From: Myxococcota bacterium
Lineage (GTDB): Bacteria > Myxococcota_A > SURF-8
Length of the DNA stretch: 64,000 nt
Assembly: GCA_965140415.1 (NCBI GenBank)
Contig: OZ223209.1
Location: 5,824,001-5,888,000 of the forward strand
Reading direction: 5' to 3'
The translations under genes and the position numbers were made by a program. Positions 46,910-56,178 of this stretch are shown here, one piece after another. Every line of letters begins with the position of its first letter. Positions within the stretch are counted from its first letter, which is position 1. The notes below the pieces were generated by a model that was given only the letters and a program-made list of their open reading frames with translations, had not been told where the DNA came from and ran no database searches.

Positions 46910-48739
46910 ATGTGTGGAATCGTCGGTTATATCGGACAGGAACAATGCGCGGAGTTATTGGTTGAAGGACTCAAGCGCTTGGAATATCGTGGGTACGACT
47001 CTGCCGGGCTGGCGGTATTCAACAACGGCAAAATCGATATCGTGCGCGCCGAAGGGAAGTTGGTGAATCTTTCCAATGCCTTATCGGAGCATGCATTGCC
47101 CGGCAGCGCGGGAATCGGTCACACCCGCTGGGCGACGCACGGCAAACCCTCCGAAATCAACGCACATCCTCACAAAGCGGGACCGGTAGTGGTGGTGCAT
47201 AACGGCATCATCGAAAATCATCTGGCCTTACGCAATGAATTGGAAGCGGAAGGGCGCAGTTTCAGTTCGGAAACGGACACGGAAATCATCAGCCACCTCA
47301 TCCACCGCGAACTGGAAAACGGAACGGATCTGGAAACGTCAGTGCGCCGGTCGCTTACGAAAATCAAAGGTTCCTATGCCATTGCGGTGCTTTGCGAGAG
47401 CGAACCGGATAAACTGATCGCCGCCCGCTTGTTTTCGCCATTGGTTCTGGGTCTGGGCGAGCAGGCCAATTACATCGCCAGCGACATTCCAGCCATCTTG
47501 AGCCACACACGCAAAGTCGTTTTTCTAGATGACGGCGACATGGCCGTGGTGACGGCGGATGGCGTTACAATCACCGATTTGAAGAACCGGCCTGTCGAAC
47601 GGGCGTTCACGAATATCGACTGGTCGCCGGTGATGGCGGAAAAGGGTGGCTACAAGCATTTCATGCTTAAAGAAATCCACGAGCAGCCGCGCGCCGTGGC
47701 GGATACCATCCGCGAGCGGGTATCTTTGGAGCGTGGCGACGTGACGATGGATGGTTTCGAACTGGACGCCGAATACCTTGTGGGTCTGGATCGTATCGTG
47801 ATCGTCGCCTGTGGAACGAGCTATCATGCGGCGCTGGTTGGAAAATTCTGGATCGAAAACCTGGCGCGCGTCCCGGTCGAAGTCGATATGGCCAGCGAAT
47901 TCCGCTACCGGAATCCTATTATTAATGAACATGTGCTGGTGATCTCGATTTCGCAGTCGGGTGAAACCGCCGATACACTGGCAGCCATTCAGGATGCCAA
48001 GGCGCAGGGAGCGAAAATCCTGTCGATCTGCAACGTGCTGGGATCTTCGATTCCGCGTCTGTCCGACTATACCATGTACACCCATGCCGGCCCGGAAATC
48101 GGGGTGGCTTCCACCAAGGCTTTTGTAACCCAGCTTTCCGCGTTGTATCTCTGCGCCATTTTCATGGCCCGGCGACTGCAACGCCTGGATGCTCGCAGCG
48201 CAGCGCATAAACTATTGGAACTAATACGCATTCCGGTTCTGCTGGAAGAAGTCTTACAGAACGAAAAGGAAATTCGGCGCATCGCCAAGCAATTCCATCA
48301 TGCCCGCGACTTTTTGTATATCGGGCGCTGGATCAATTATCCGATTGCCTTGGAAGGCGCTTTGAAACTTAAGGAAATCTCGTATATCCACGCGGAAGGT
48401 TATCCGGCGGGAGAAATGAAGCACGGTCCTATCGCTCTGGTAGACGAGCATCTGCCGGTGGTCACCATCGTAACCAAAAATCGGATCTACGAAAAAATCC
48501 TGTCCAACATGCAGGAAACTCAGGCGCGTAACGGCACTGTGATCGCCATCGCCAGCGAAGGCGACAGGGAAATCGAGAAGTACTCCGAATACGTAATCCG
48601 TATCCCGGAAATCGAAGAGGAGTTGGAACCGCTACTGACGGTTGTACCTTTGCAAATGCTGGCATATTACATTGCGGACTACAATGGAACCGATGTCGAT
48701 CAACCACGCAACCTGGCAAAATCCGTCACGGTGGAATAA
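46910..48739 (+). CDS. glmS: Glutamine-fructose-6-phosphate aminotransferase
   Basis: MCGIVG, LEYRGYDSAG, GHTRWATHG, SQSGETADT, PRNLAKSVTVE. Confidence 0.98.
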   Translation: MCGIVGYIGQEQCAELLVEGLKRLEYRGYDSAGLAVFNNGKIDIVRAEGKLVNLSNALSEHALPGSAGIGHTRWATHGKPSEINAHPHKAGPVVVVHNGIIENHLALRNELEAEGRSFSSETDTEIISHLIHRELENGTDLETSVRRSLTKIKGSYAIAVLCESEPDKLIAARLFSPLVLGLGEQANYIASDIPAILSHTRKVVFLDDGDMAVVTADGVTITDLKNRPVERAFTNIDWSPVMAEKGGYKHFMLKEIHEQPRAVADTIRERVSLERGDVTMDGFELDAEYLVGLDRIVIVACGTSYHAALVGKFWIENLARVPVEVDMASEFRYRNPIINEHVLVISISQSGETADTLAAIQDAKAQGAKILSICNVLGSSIPRLSDYTMYTHAGPEIGVASTKAFVTQLSALYLCAIFMARRLQRLDARSAAHKLLELIRIPVLLEEVLQNEKEIRRIAKQFHHARDFLYIGRWINYPIALEGALKLKEISYIHAEGYPAGEMKHGPIALVDEHLPVVTIVTKNRIYEKILSNMQETQARNGTVIAIASEGDREIEKYSEYVIRIPEIEEELEPLLTVVPLQMLAYYIADYNGTDVDQPRNLAKSVTVE

Positions 48740-48968
48740 GACCGGAGATTGAGGTTGCATCGACGGGGTAGAGAGCGGTAAAATAGACGGGATAGCGAAC
48801 ATCAACCGAGTCAAGCACCGGAAGATGGAGAGGGAAGGAAAACTGGGCCGTCATTAACTCCGATGCGGGAGCGACGCGCCCTTTTGTTTTATTCGGGTGA
48901 AATGACCGAATTATCGGACTCATCGGAAGTGACTATCAGCTACGAATCCGGGTTGTCTGGAGGCAGAA

Positions 48969-51900
48969 ATGACCGCAAGAAATAGAATCACGTTCTGGTT
49001 GATGCTGGCGATCGTATCGCTGGGTCTGGCTGTTACGGCTTGTGACGGCGGTGGCGGAGATGAAGACGGCGACACGAGCGACGGCGATCTGGATCGCGAT
49101 ACGGTGGAAACGAATGAAACGGCAGATGCGGATCCAGATGTTTCCGATGGCGATCAGAATGTGGATGGCGACCAGGACGCCGATCTGGATGCGGATGAAT
49201 CCGTAATCGATGGCGACGCCGAAGAACAACCCGATGGTGACTCGGATCGCGATGCGGATAACGTACTCGATCCCGGCCAACTTGTTCTGGACCCAGCGGA
49301 ATTGGATTTCGGTCTGGTGGATTTGTACGATTCCAACACACTTGATGTAACGATTAAAAACGATGCGGAAACGGATGCGGCCTCACTTCAGGTGCTTTCC
49401 ATCACGTTTCTGCCGTCGGATGTTTCTGGATACACTGTAGATACCGGTTGCGAGCCTCCCTTCGATCTGAACCCCGGAGAAAGTCGCACCTGCGAAGTCA
49501 CCCTCGCCCCCGATCGTCCGGGTGTGCATAATGCGAAATTGCGTGTGGTTGCGCGTACGGAAGCGGACCTTTCATTGGAAGCGCGCACGACCTTGCTGGG
49601 AGGTACGGAAATCCCGATTTCCTACGTCGATCCGGAACCGGTGGAATTCGGAATGGTGGCGTTGGGTGAAACCGCCTATGCCTATGTATCGATGGGTAAT
49701 GCCGGTTTGGCCGACTGGGTTGTGGAAGAAATCTCCCTGGACCCGACTTCCGACTCGGCCTTCAGTCTGCTGGGAGCGGTTGAAGGCAGCCAGACGGGGC
49801 TGTTCTCCACGAATGAAGGTGCGGTGCTGGAAATCGCGTTTGAGCCGACGCAGACCGAACAGGTGATGGGATGGTTGTTGATTCGCAGCAACGATCCGCA
49901 GGTGCCGGATCGCAAACTGCCTATCAGCGGACGCGCTTCGGAGTTATGTCCCAACGATCAGGCGGATACATCCTGTCGCGAGAGTTGTCTGCCTTTCGAA
50001 CGTAGTTGTACGGATGATGGCCTGGCAATGCTGCTCTGCAATAGCGAAGGCGATGGCTGGCAGGATGCGGTAACTTGTATGGACGGTCAGCGTTGCGAAA
50101 ACGGCTACTGTGTCTGGTCGATCTGCGAAGCGGGTAGTTTGCTGTGCCACGATGGCGCATCGGTTGCCTGCGCGGACGAAGGCGATGCCTACGCCGAAAA
50201 TGGCGAAAGCTGCACCGACGAAGATGCCTGCACCGTGGCCTACTGTGTTCCCGGAGTCGGTTGCGACTATCCGCCCGATACTCGAATCTGCGACGACGGC
50301 AACCCCTGTTCCGAAGATCTGTGCGATTCGGTAGCGGGTTGCCAGTATGAATATGAAAACGTCAATGGGCAGAGCTGTACCGATGAGAATCTCTGCACCA
50401 TAAACGAGCGTTGTTTCGAGGGAAGCTGCATCGGCGATGAACTTCCCTGTAATGACGACGAAGTCTGTACCATCGATCGCTGCCTGCCTGAGTTGGGATG
50501 CCAGTTCCTTCCAAAAGACGGCGGTTGCAATGACGGCAACATCTGTACCAAGCAGGACTATTGCTCCCAGGGAGCCTGTGTCCCCGGTGAAACGCTGGCT
50601 TGCGATGACGGCAACGACTGCACCGAAGATCGTTGCGATCCGCAAGTCGGTTGCGTCAATACCGCTACGGAAGAAGCCTGTGACGATGGAGACCCCTGTA
50701 CGAGCAATGACTCCTGTAGCCGGGGTTATTGCCGTGGTGATAATGTACAACCGGATGACGGCGTCTATTGTAACGGAACGGAAGTCTGTGATTCGCAAAG
50801 CGGCGATTGGAGTTCCATCAATCCGATTTCCTGTAACGATGGCATTGCCTGTACGGTGGATTCCTGTAACGAAGACGGTGAAGACTGTGCGCATGTAGCC
50901 GATCACGAGGCCTGCGACGATGACAATCCCTGTACGGAAGATAGCTGTTCGTTAACGGAAGGATGCGTACATGAATTCCTGGATTTTAACTCGCCCTGCG
51001 ATCTGATTCCCGGAATCGATGAAGTCTGCCAGCAGGGACAATGCGTCTATGCCTGCACCAGTGATTTCGATTGCGTGGATGCCGTGGCCTGCACCATTGA
51101 TTACTGTGACCCGGCGACAGGACACTGTCGACATGATGCTCTGCACGATTTCTGCTCCGATGGTCTCTGGTGCAATGGGGAAGAGTCCTGTGATGTCCTG
51201 TTGGGTTGTATGCCGGGAACAGCTCCCGATTGCAACGACAATGCGTATTGCACCCAGGACCGCTGCGATGAGACGCTGAATGCATGTGTGCATACGCCCA
51301 ATCACACCGCCTGCAACGACTACAACGATTGCACCGTGGATCTTTGTACGACAGCGGAAGGCTGCATATATGAAGATCGCAATGGGGTTTGTGACGACGG
51401 CAATCCCTGTACCATCGGCGACTCCTGTTTCGACGGCTATTGCAAATCCGGCGACAACCAGCTTGTCTGCGATGACGGCAACGACTGCACCGATGACAGT
51501 TGCAGCCCCGGTCTCGGTTGCGTATACCAAGCCAACGCCCGTTCCTGCAACGATGGCGACCCCTGCACCGATTACGACGTCTGCCTGGATGGCGAATGCC
51601 ATGGTATTTCTAAAGAATGCGATGACGGCAATTACTGTAATGGAACGGAAACCTGTGACGGCAATGGTTGTCAAAGCGGCGAACCGGTGAGTTGCGATGA
51701 CTTCGTAACGTGTACGATCGACTCCTGTTCGCCCGATTCGGATTCCTGCGTTCACGAGCCGGATCACAGTTTGTGTGAAAGCGACAATCCCTGCCGCATC
51801 AATCCCACCTGTACCGCCGTAGGCTGCACCTACGATACCTTGGCCGATGGCGAAGTCTGTCGAGAAGAGGAAGAAGGCGAAGACTGGATCTGCCGCAGTG

Positions 51901-54900
51901 GAATCTGCGTTTCGCCTTGTACGCAGAATGAAGACTGCGACGATGGCTTCGACTGCACACAGGATCTTTGTCCCGAAGCGGAGGCATCGGAAGAAACTCG
52001 TTACTGCACGCATACGGCACAGCACGCATTCTGCGATGATTCCCTGTATTGCACAGGAACGGATGAGTTCTGTTCGCCTTTCAATCCGGAGGCCGATGCG
52101 CGTGGCTGTGTACCCGGTACGCCGATTGTGTGCGACGATGGTGTGGACTGCACCTTGGATCGCTGCGATGAAAACAGCCAGGGATGCGTGGTGGATTTAG
52201 TGGACGATGCCTGCGTAAACGGCAATCCCTGCACGAGCGGAACCTGCACGTCGACAGGTTGTGTGTTTTCCTCGATTGAAGGTTCTTGCGAGGATGCGAA
52301 CCCCTGTACGGTCGATGACGTTTGCCTCGACGGTCAATGCGTCGGGCAACCGAAAAACTGCGATGACAACAATCCCTGTACTATCGATCTCTGCGATGCC
52401 GGAGGTTGTCGCTCGGTACAGGTTGCAAACGGCACTGCCTGCGGATCGGATCTGGTCAGTCGCGTGTGTGTGGATGGCCAGTGCACACAAGGATGTCAAT
52501 CCTGGACCGATTGTGAGGACGACGGAATCGACTGTACGGTGACCTATTGCGATACCGTTTCTCACAGCTGCGTAACGAGCGCCATCGATATCTTATGCGA
52601 TGATAATTTATACTGCAACGGACATGAAACCTGTGATTTGAATTCAGGTTGCGTCTCCGGCGATGCGATTGAATGCGGAGAGGGAGCCAGTCCATGCGAA
52701 ACCTTACACTGCGACGAACAGAGCGATTCTTGTGTTTTCCATTTCGACGATGACTGGTGTGCGGACGACAATCCCTGTACGGACAATATTTGCACTTCCA
52801 ATGGCTGTACGGTCATTTATAATACACAACGTTGTAACGATGGTAACGCCTGCACCGTAAACGACTACTGCCAATCGGGAACCTGCACCGGTGAAATGCG
52901 TATCTGCGATGACGGCAATGCCTGTACCGCCGATGCCTGTGACGAGGAGTTGGGATGTACCTACGACGAAATCGGTTCTGAATGCACTCTCGACGAACAA
53001 TGCCGGGTTCAGATCTGTTTTCCCGATCAGGGCTGCGTTGAATATTCGCTCGATGGTGTGTTTTGCGATGATGGAGACCCTTGTACGGACCAGGATGTCT
53101 GCGTAAGCGGTGCATGTATAGGCGAAACGGACGACTGCGACGATTACAATGCTTGCACGGAGGATACCTGCTCTGATGGGGTATGCACTCACATGCCGCT
53201 GGATAATGGAACCGTGTGCGAGCAGGAAAACTTTACCGATCCGCAATGTTACGGCGGATTTTGCACCACGGCCTGTGAATCGGATGCGGAATGCTACGAC
53301 GGAATCGATTGCACTACCGATCTATGCGACGAGAATACCGGCCACTGTGTTTACCAGCGAGACGATGCCGGATGCGACGATGGTTTGTTCTGCAACGGCG
53401 TTGAAATCTGCGTTCCCTTTGCCGGTTGTCTATCCGACGAACCGGTGTATTGCTCGGACGAAATCCCCTGCACCATTGATATCTGCGATGAAGAACTGGA
53501 CAGTTGCGTTCACACTGCGGTCGATCAGCGTTGCGACAATGGCAACCCCTGTACAGCAGGGACCTGCAATTTGGAACAGGGTTGTCTGCAACAACCGCTG
53601 GACGACGTTCTCTGCAACGATGGTTTGCGCTGTACGACGGATGATATCTGTGTAAACGGGGAATGCCTGGGCAGCCCCATTTCTTGTGACGATGGCAATC
53701 CCTGCACCGGTCCGGATGACTGTACCGAAGCCACCGGCTGTCGCAACGCTCCACAGGGCGACGGCTTGCAATGCGGTGAAACCGGGATCTGTAGCAATGG
53801 CCAATGTGCGGAAACCTGCACCGGTGATACCGACTGTGATGACGGCAACGATTGCACCGCCGATGTCTGCGATGTGACGCAGGGGCGCTGTATTCATTAT
53901 CCAAGCGATGCCATGTGCGACGATGGTCAGTATTGCAATGGTATCGAGCATTGTCATCCGAGTTTTGGCTGCATGCCTGGAATCGATATCGTTTGCAACG
54001 ACAAAGCCGCCTGTACGTTGGATCGCTGCAACGAAGCGACGGATAGTTGCGAGTTCACTTCTCGTCACGAATTATGTGACGATGGCAATCCCTGCACGAT
54101 CAACACATGTGTTGAAGTCCTCGGTTGCCAAACTACGAAAAACGAGGTGCCGGATTGTCAGCACAGGGATGTCTGCTCGGCAGGTCATGTTGAACGCGAT
54201 TGCGGAGAAGACAACGAGTGCGTCAACTGGTACTGCTATGACCGCATCGGCTGCGTGCCGGTCATTCATAACGGTGCGGCCTGCACCATTGAAAACAACG
54301 CCTGTGTGCAGTCCGGTGTATGTATCGGCATGGAATGCATGCCGGATGAACAGGTGGATTGCAACGACGGCAATCCCTGCACGGTGGATTATTGCAATCC
54401 GGCGGATGGTGAATGCTTTTACGATATGGTCGCCGAAAACGGCGAGCCTTGTGATGATGGAAGCGTGTGTACGGTAGATGATATGTGTAATGGTGGGCAA
54501 TGTCAGGGCCAGCCACTTGATCCGGCCTGCTTCGATGACAACGAATGCACCGAGGACGGCTGTGATGATGACAATGGCTGTGTCTTTACGCCGCTGCCGG
54601 ATGGAACGGCGTGCTCGCAGGGTAGCTGCCAGCTTGGAGTCTGCCGTGGAAGTTGTACAACGGACGCCGAATGCAACGACGATCTTGATTGCACCGAAGA
54701 TATTTGTGTGGATGATGTGTGCGTCAATACCCCACAGCATCAGCTTTGTCCGCAGGGTAACTTCTGCGATGGCGAAGCCGTGTGCGATCCATTCATCGGT
54801 TGCACGATCAGTCCTGAGCCAAGCTGTAACGACGGTATTGCCTGTACCGTGGATAGCTGCGATCGCGATGCGGAAATCTGCACTCACGAAAGCAACAACG

Positions 54901-56018
54901 CCCTGTGCGATGATGGTAACGAGTGCGTCAGTGACATCTGCGACCCGAATCGAGGCGGTTGTGTTTACGCTCCTTTAAATGACCTTCCCTGCGATGATGG
55001 CAACGCGTGTACGCTTGATGACTATTGTAAAAATGGCGTCTGTCAGTCGTCTGGACTGTTGCAGTGCCAGGATCTGAATCTATGTACCGAAGATTCCTGC
55101 GATCCGGAAGTCGGTTGCGTGTTCGAGCCGTTGACTGGTGACATCTGCGACGACGAAAACAAATGCACTTCTAATGATACCTGTCAGCAGGGAGCTTGTG
55201 TTGGTGAAGAGTTGCTTTGCGAAACCGACGATCCCTGTAGCTACGCTCTTTGCGACCCGGATTTCGGTTGTCAGTTCGAACCGCTGACGGGTCCGATCTG
55301 CGACGATGGCAACCCCTGCACCGATGTGGATGTCTGTATCGCCGGTCACTGCGGCGGCGTTAGTACGCTGCTGTGCAACGACAACAACCCCTGCACCGAT
55401 GATTTCTGTTCGTTGGCCACCGGCTGCGAAGCGATTCCGGTCAGCGGACGGTTGTGCAACGATGGAGAAGTCTGCACCGTCGGCGATGTCTGTCAGCTGG
55501 GATTCTGCCAGCCCGGAAGTGCGCGCTTGAGTTGCGACGACGGCAATCCGTGTACGACGGATAGCTGTATCGATGGTAGTGGTTGCGATAATGAAGAGTT
55601 GCCGGAGTTGAGTTACTGCGATCTCGATCCTGATCTTTCCGAAGCCTGTGTCGGTGGCGAGTGCGTGGAGTACTGCCGTAGAGGTTCGGATTGCTACGAT
55701 GGCATCGGATGTACGGAAGATGTCTGCGACGAACAAACCCATCACTGCACCTGGTTGCCTCAAGATACGCTATGTAACGACGGCAACGACTGTAACGGCG
55801 CGGAAACCTGTGATGCAAGCGCGGGATGTTTGTCCGGGCAGGCGCCGGATTGTGAAGACGGAATCGATTGCACCGACGATGGTTGTGACCCGGTAACCGG
55901 AAACTGTATCCATGAACCGCAGGATTGGCTCTGCGACGACAACGATGCCTGTACGCTGGATAGCTGTAGTCCTGAAATGGATTGCCAGCATTCTGAAATC
56001 GAAGGCTGTACTCGCTAA
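48969..56018 (+). CDS. Giant Cys-rich surface lipoprotein (2 Ig-like domains plus dozens of CDDGNPCTxDxC repeats)
   Basis: Lipobox VTA-C, DGD acidic linker, two LDFG/VEFG beta-sandwich (ASH-like) domains, ~2000 aa of Cys-rich repeats. Confidence 0.88.
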   Translation: MTARNRITFWLMLAIVSLGLAVTACDGGGGDEDGDTSDGDLDRDTVETNETADADPDVSDGDQNVDGDQDADLDADESVIDGDAEEQPDGDSDRDADNVLDPGQLVLDPAELDFGLVDLYDSNTLDVTIKNDAETDAASLQVLSITFLPSDVSGYTVDTGCEPPFDLNPGESRTCEVTLAPDRPGVHNAKLRVVARTEADLSLEARTTLLGGTEIPISYVDPEPVEFGMVALGETAYAYVSMGNAGLADWVVEEISLDPTSDSAFSLLGAVEGSQTGLFSTNEGAVLEIAFEPTQTEQVMGWLLIRSNDPQVPDRKLPISGRASELCPNDQADTSCRESCLPFERSCTDDGLAMLLCNSEGDGWQDAVTCMDGQRCENGYCVWSICEAGSLLCHDGASVACADEGDAYAENGESCTDEDACTVAYCVPGVGCDYPPDTRICDDGNPCSEDLCDSVAGCQYEYENVNGQSCTDENLCTINERCFEGSCIGDELPCNDDEVCTIDRCLPELGCQFLPKDGGCNDGNICTKQDYCSQGACVPGETLACDDGNDCTEDRCDPQVGCVNTATEEACDDGDPCTSNDSCSRGYCRGDNVQPDDGVYCNGTEVCDSQSGDWSSINPISCNDGIACTVDSCNEDGEDCAHVADHEACDDDNPCTEDSCSLTEGCVHEFLDFNSPCDLIPGIDEVCQQGQCVYACTSDFDCVDAVACTIDYCDPATGHCRHDALHDFCSDGLWCNGEESCDVLLGCMPGTAPDCNDNAYCTQDRCDETLNACVHTPNHTACNDYNDCTVDLCTTAEGCIYEDRNGVCDDGNPCTIGDSCFDGYCKSGDNQLVCDDGNDCTDDSCSPGLGCVYQANARSCNDGDPCTDYDVCLDGECHGISKECDDGNYCNGTETCDGNGCQSGEPVSCDDFVTCTIDSCSPDSDSCVHEPDHSLCESDNPCRINPTCTAVGCTYDTLADGEVCREEEEGEDWICRSGICVSPCTQNEDCDDGFDCTQDLCPEAEASEETRYCTHTAQHAFCDDSLYCTGTDEFCSPFNPEADARGCVPGTPIVCDDGVDCTLDRCDENSQGCVVDLVDDACVNGNPCTSGTCTSTGCVFSSIEGSCEDANPCTVDDVCLDGQCVGQPKNCDDNNPCTIDLCDAGGCRSVQVANGTACGSDLVSRVCVDGQCTQGCQSWTDCEDDGIDCTVTYCDTVSHSCVTSAIDILCDDNLYCNGHETCDLNSGCVSGDAIECGEGASPCETLHCDEQSDSCVFHFDDDWCADDNPCTDNICTSNGCTVIYNTQRCNDGNACTVNDYCQSGTCTGEMRICDDGNACTADACDEELGCTYDEIGSECTLDEQCRVQICFPDQGCVEYSLDGVFCDDGDPCTDQDVCVSGACIGETDDCDDYNACTEDTCSDGVCTHMPLDNGTVCEQENFTDPQCYGGFCTTACESDAECYDGIDCTTDLCDENTGHCVYQRDDAGCDDGLFCNGVEICVPFAGCLSDEPVYCSDEIPCTIDICDEELDSCVHTAVDQRCDNGNPCTAGTCNLEQGCLQQPLDDVLCNDGLRCTTDDICVNGECLGSPISCDDGNPCTGPDDCTEATGCRNAPQGDGLQCGETGICSNGQCAETCTGDTDCDDGNDCTADVCDVTQGRCIHYPSDAMCDDGQYCNGIEHCHPSFGCMPGIDIVCNDKAACTLDRCNEATDSCEFTSRHELCDDGNPCTINTCVEVLGCQTTKNEVPDCQHRDVCSAGHVERDCGEDNECVNWYCYDRIGCVPVIHNGAACTIENNACVQSGVCIGMECMPDEQVDCNDGNPCTVDYCNPADGECFYDMVAENGEPCDDGSVCTVDDMCNGGQCQGQPLDPACFDDNECTEDGCDDDNGCVFTPLPDGTACSQGSCQLGVCRGSCTTDAECNDDLDCTEDICVDDVCVNTPQHQLCPQGNFCDGEAVCDPFIGCTISPEPSCNDGIACTVDSCDRDAEICTHESNNALCDDGNECVSDICDPNRGGCVYAPLNDLPCDDGNACTLDDYCKNGVCQSSGLLQCQDLNLCTEDSCDPEVGCVFEPLTGDICDDENKCTSNDTCQQGACVGEELLCETDDPCSYALCDPDFGCQFEPLTGPICDDGNPCTDVDVCIAGHCGGVSTLLCNDNNPCTDDFCSLATGCEAIPVSGRLCNDGEVCTVGDVCQLGFCQPGSARLSCDDGNPCTTDSCIDGSGCDNEELPELSYCDLDPDLSEACVGGECVEYCRRGSDCYDGIGCTEDVCDEQTHHCTWLPQDTLCNDGNDCNGAETCDASAGCLSGQAPDCEDGIDCTDDGCDPVTGNCIHEPQDWLCDDNDACTLDSCSPEMDCQHSEIEGCTR

Positions 56019-56178
56019 CTTCTTCCTTCTCGCGCAGCCGCCTTGAGATCGTGTGCTATCCAGGCGGCTGCGCTGTTTTACATCTACCGACTCCGGCAAA
56101 AAGGGAAAAAGGTAGCCCCAACCGCGACAATAGGGGTACAATCGCAACGATTCTAATTTGTATATGAGGAGTTGCGTT

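Noticed and set aside
48700-48968. Tn7 insertion at the glmS 3' end (attTn7-like)
   Set aside because: The target-like sequence is just conserved glmS coding sequence; no Tn7 end or tns genes follow.
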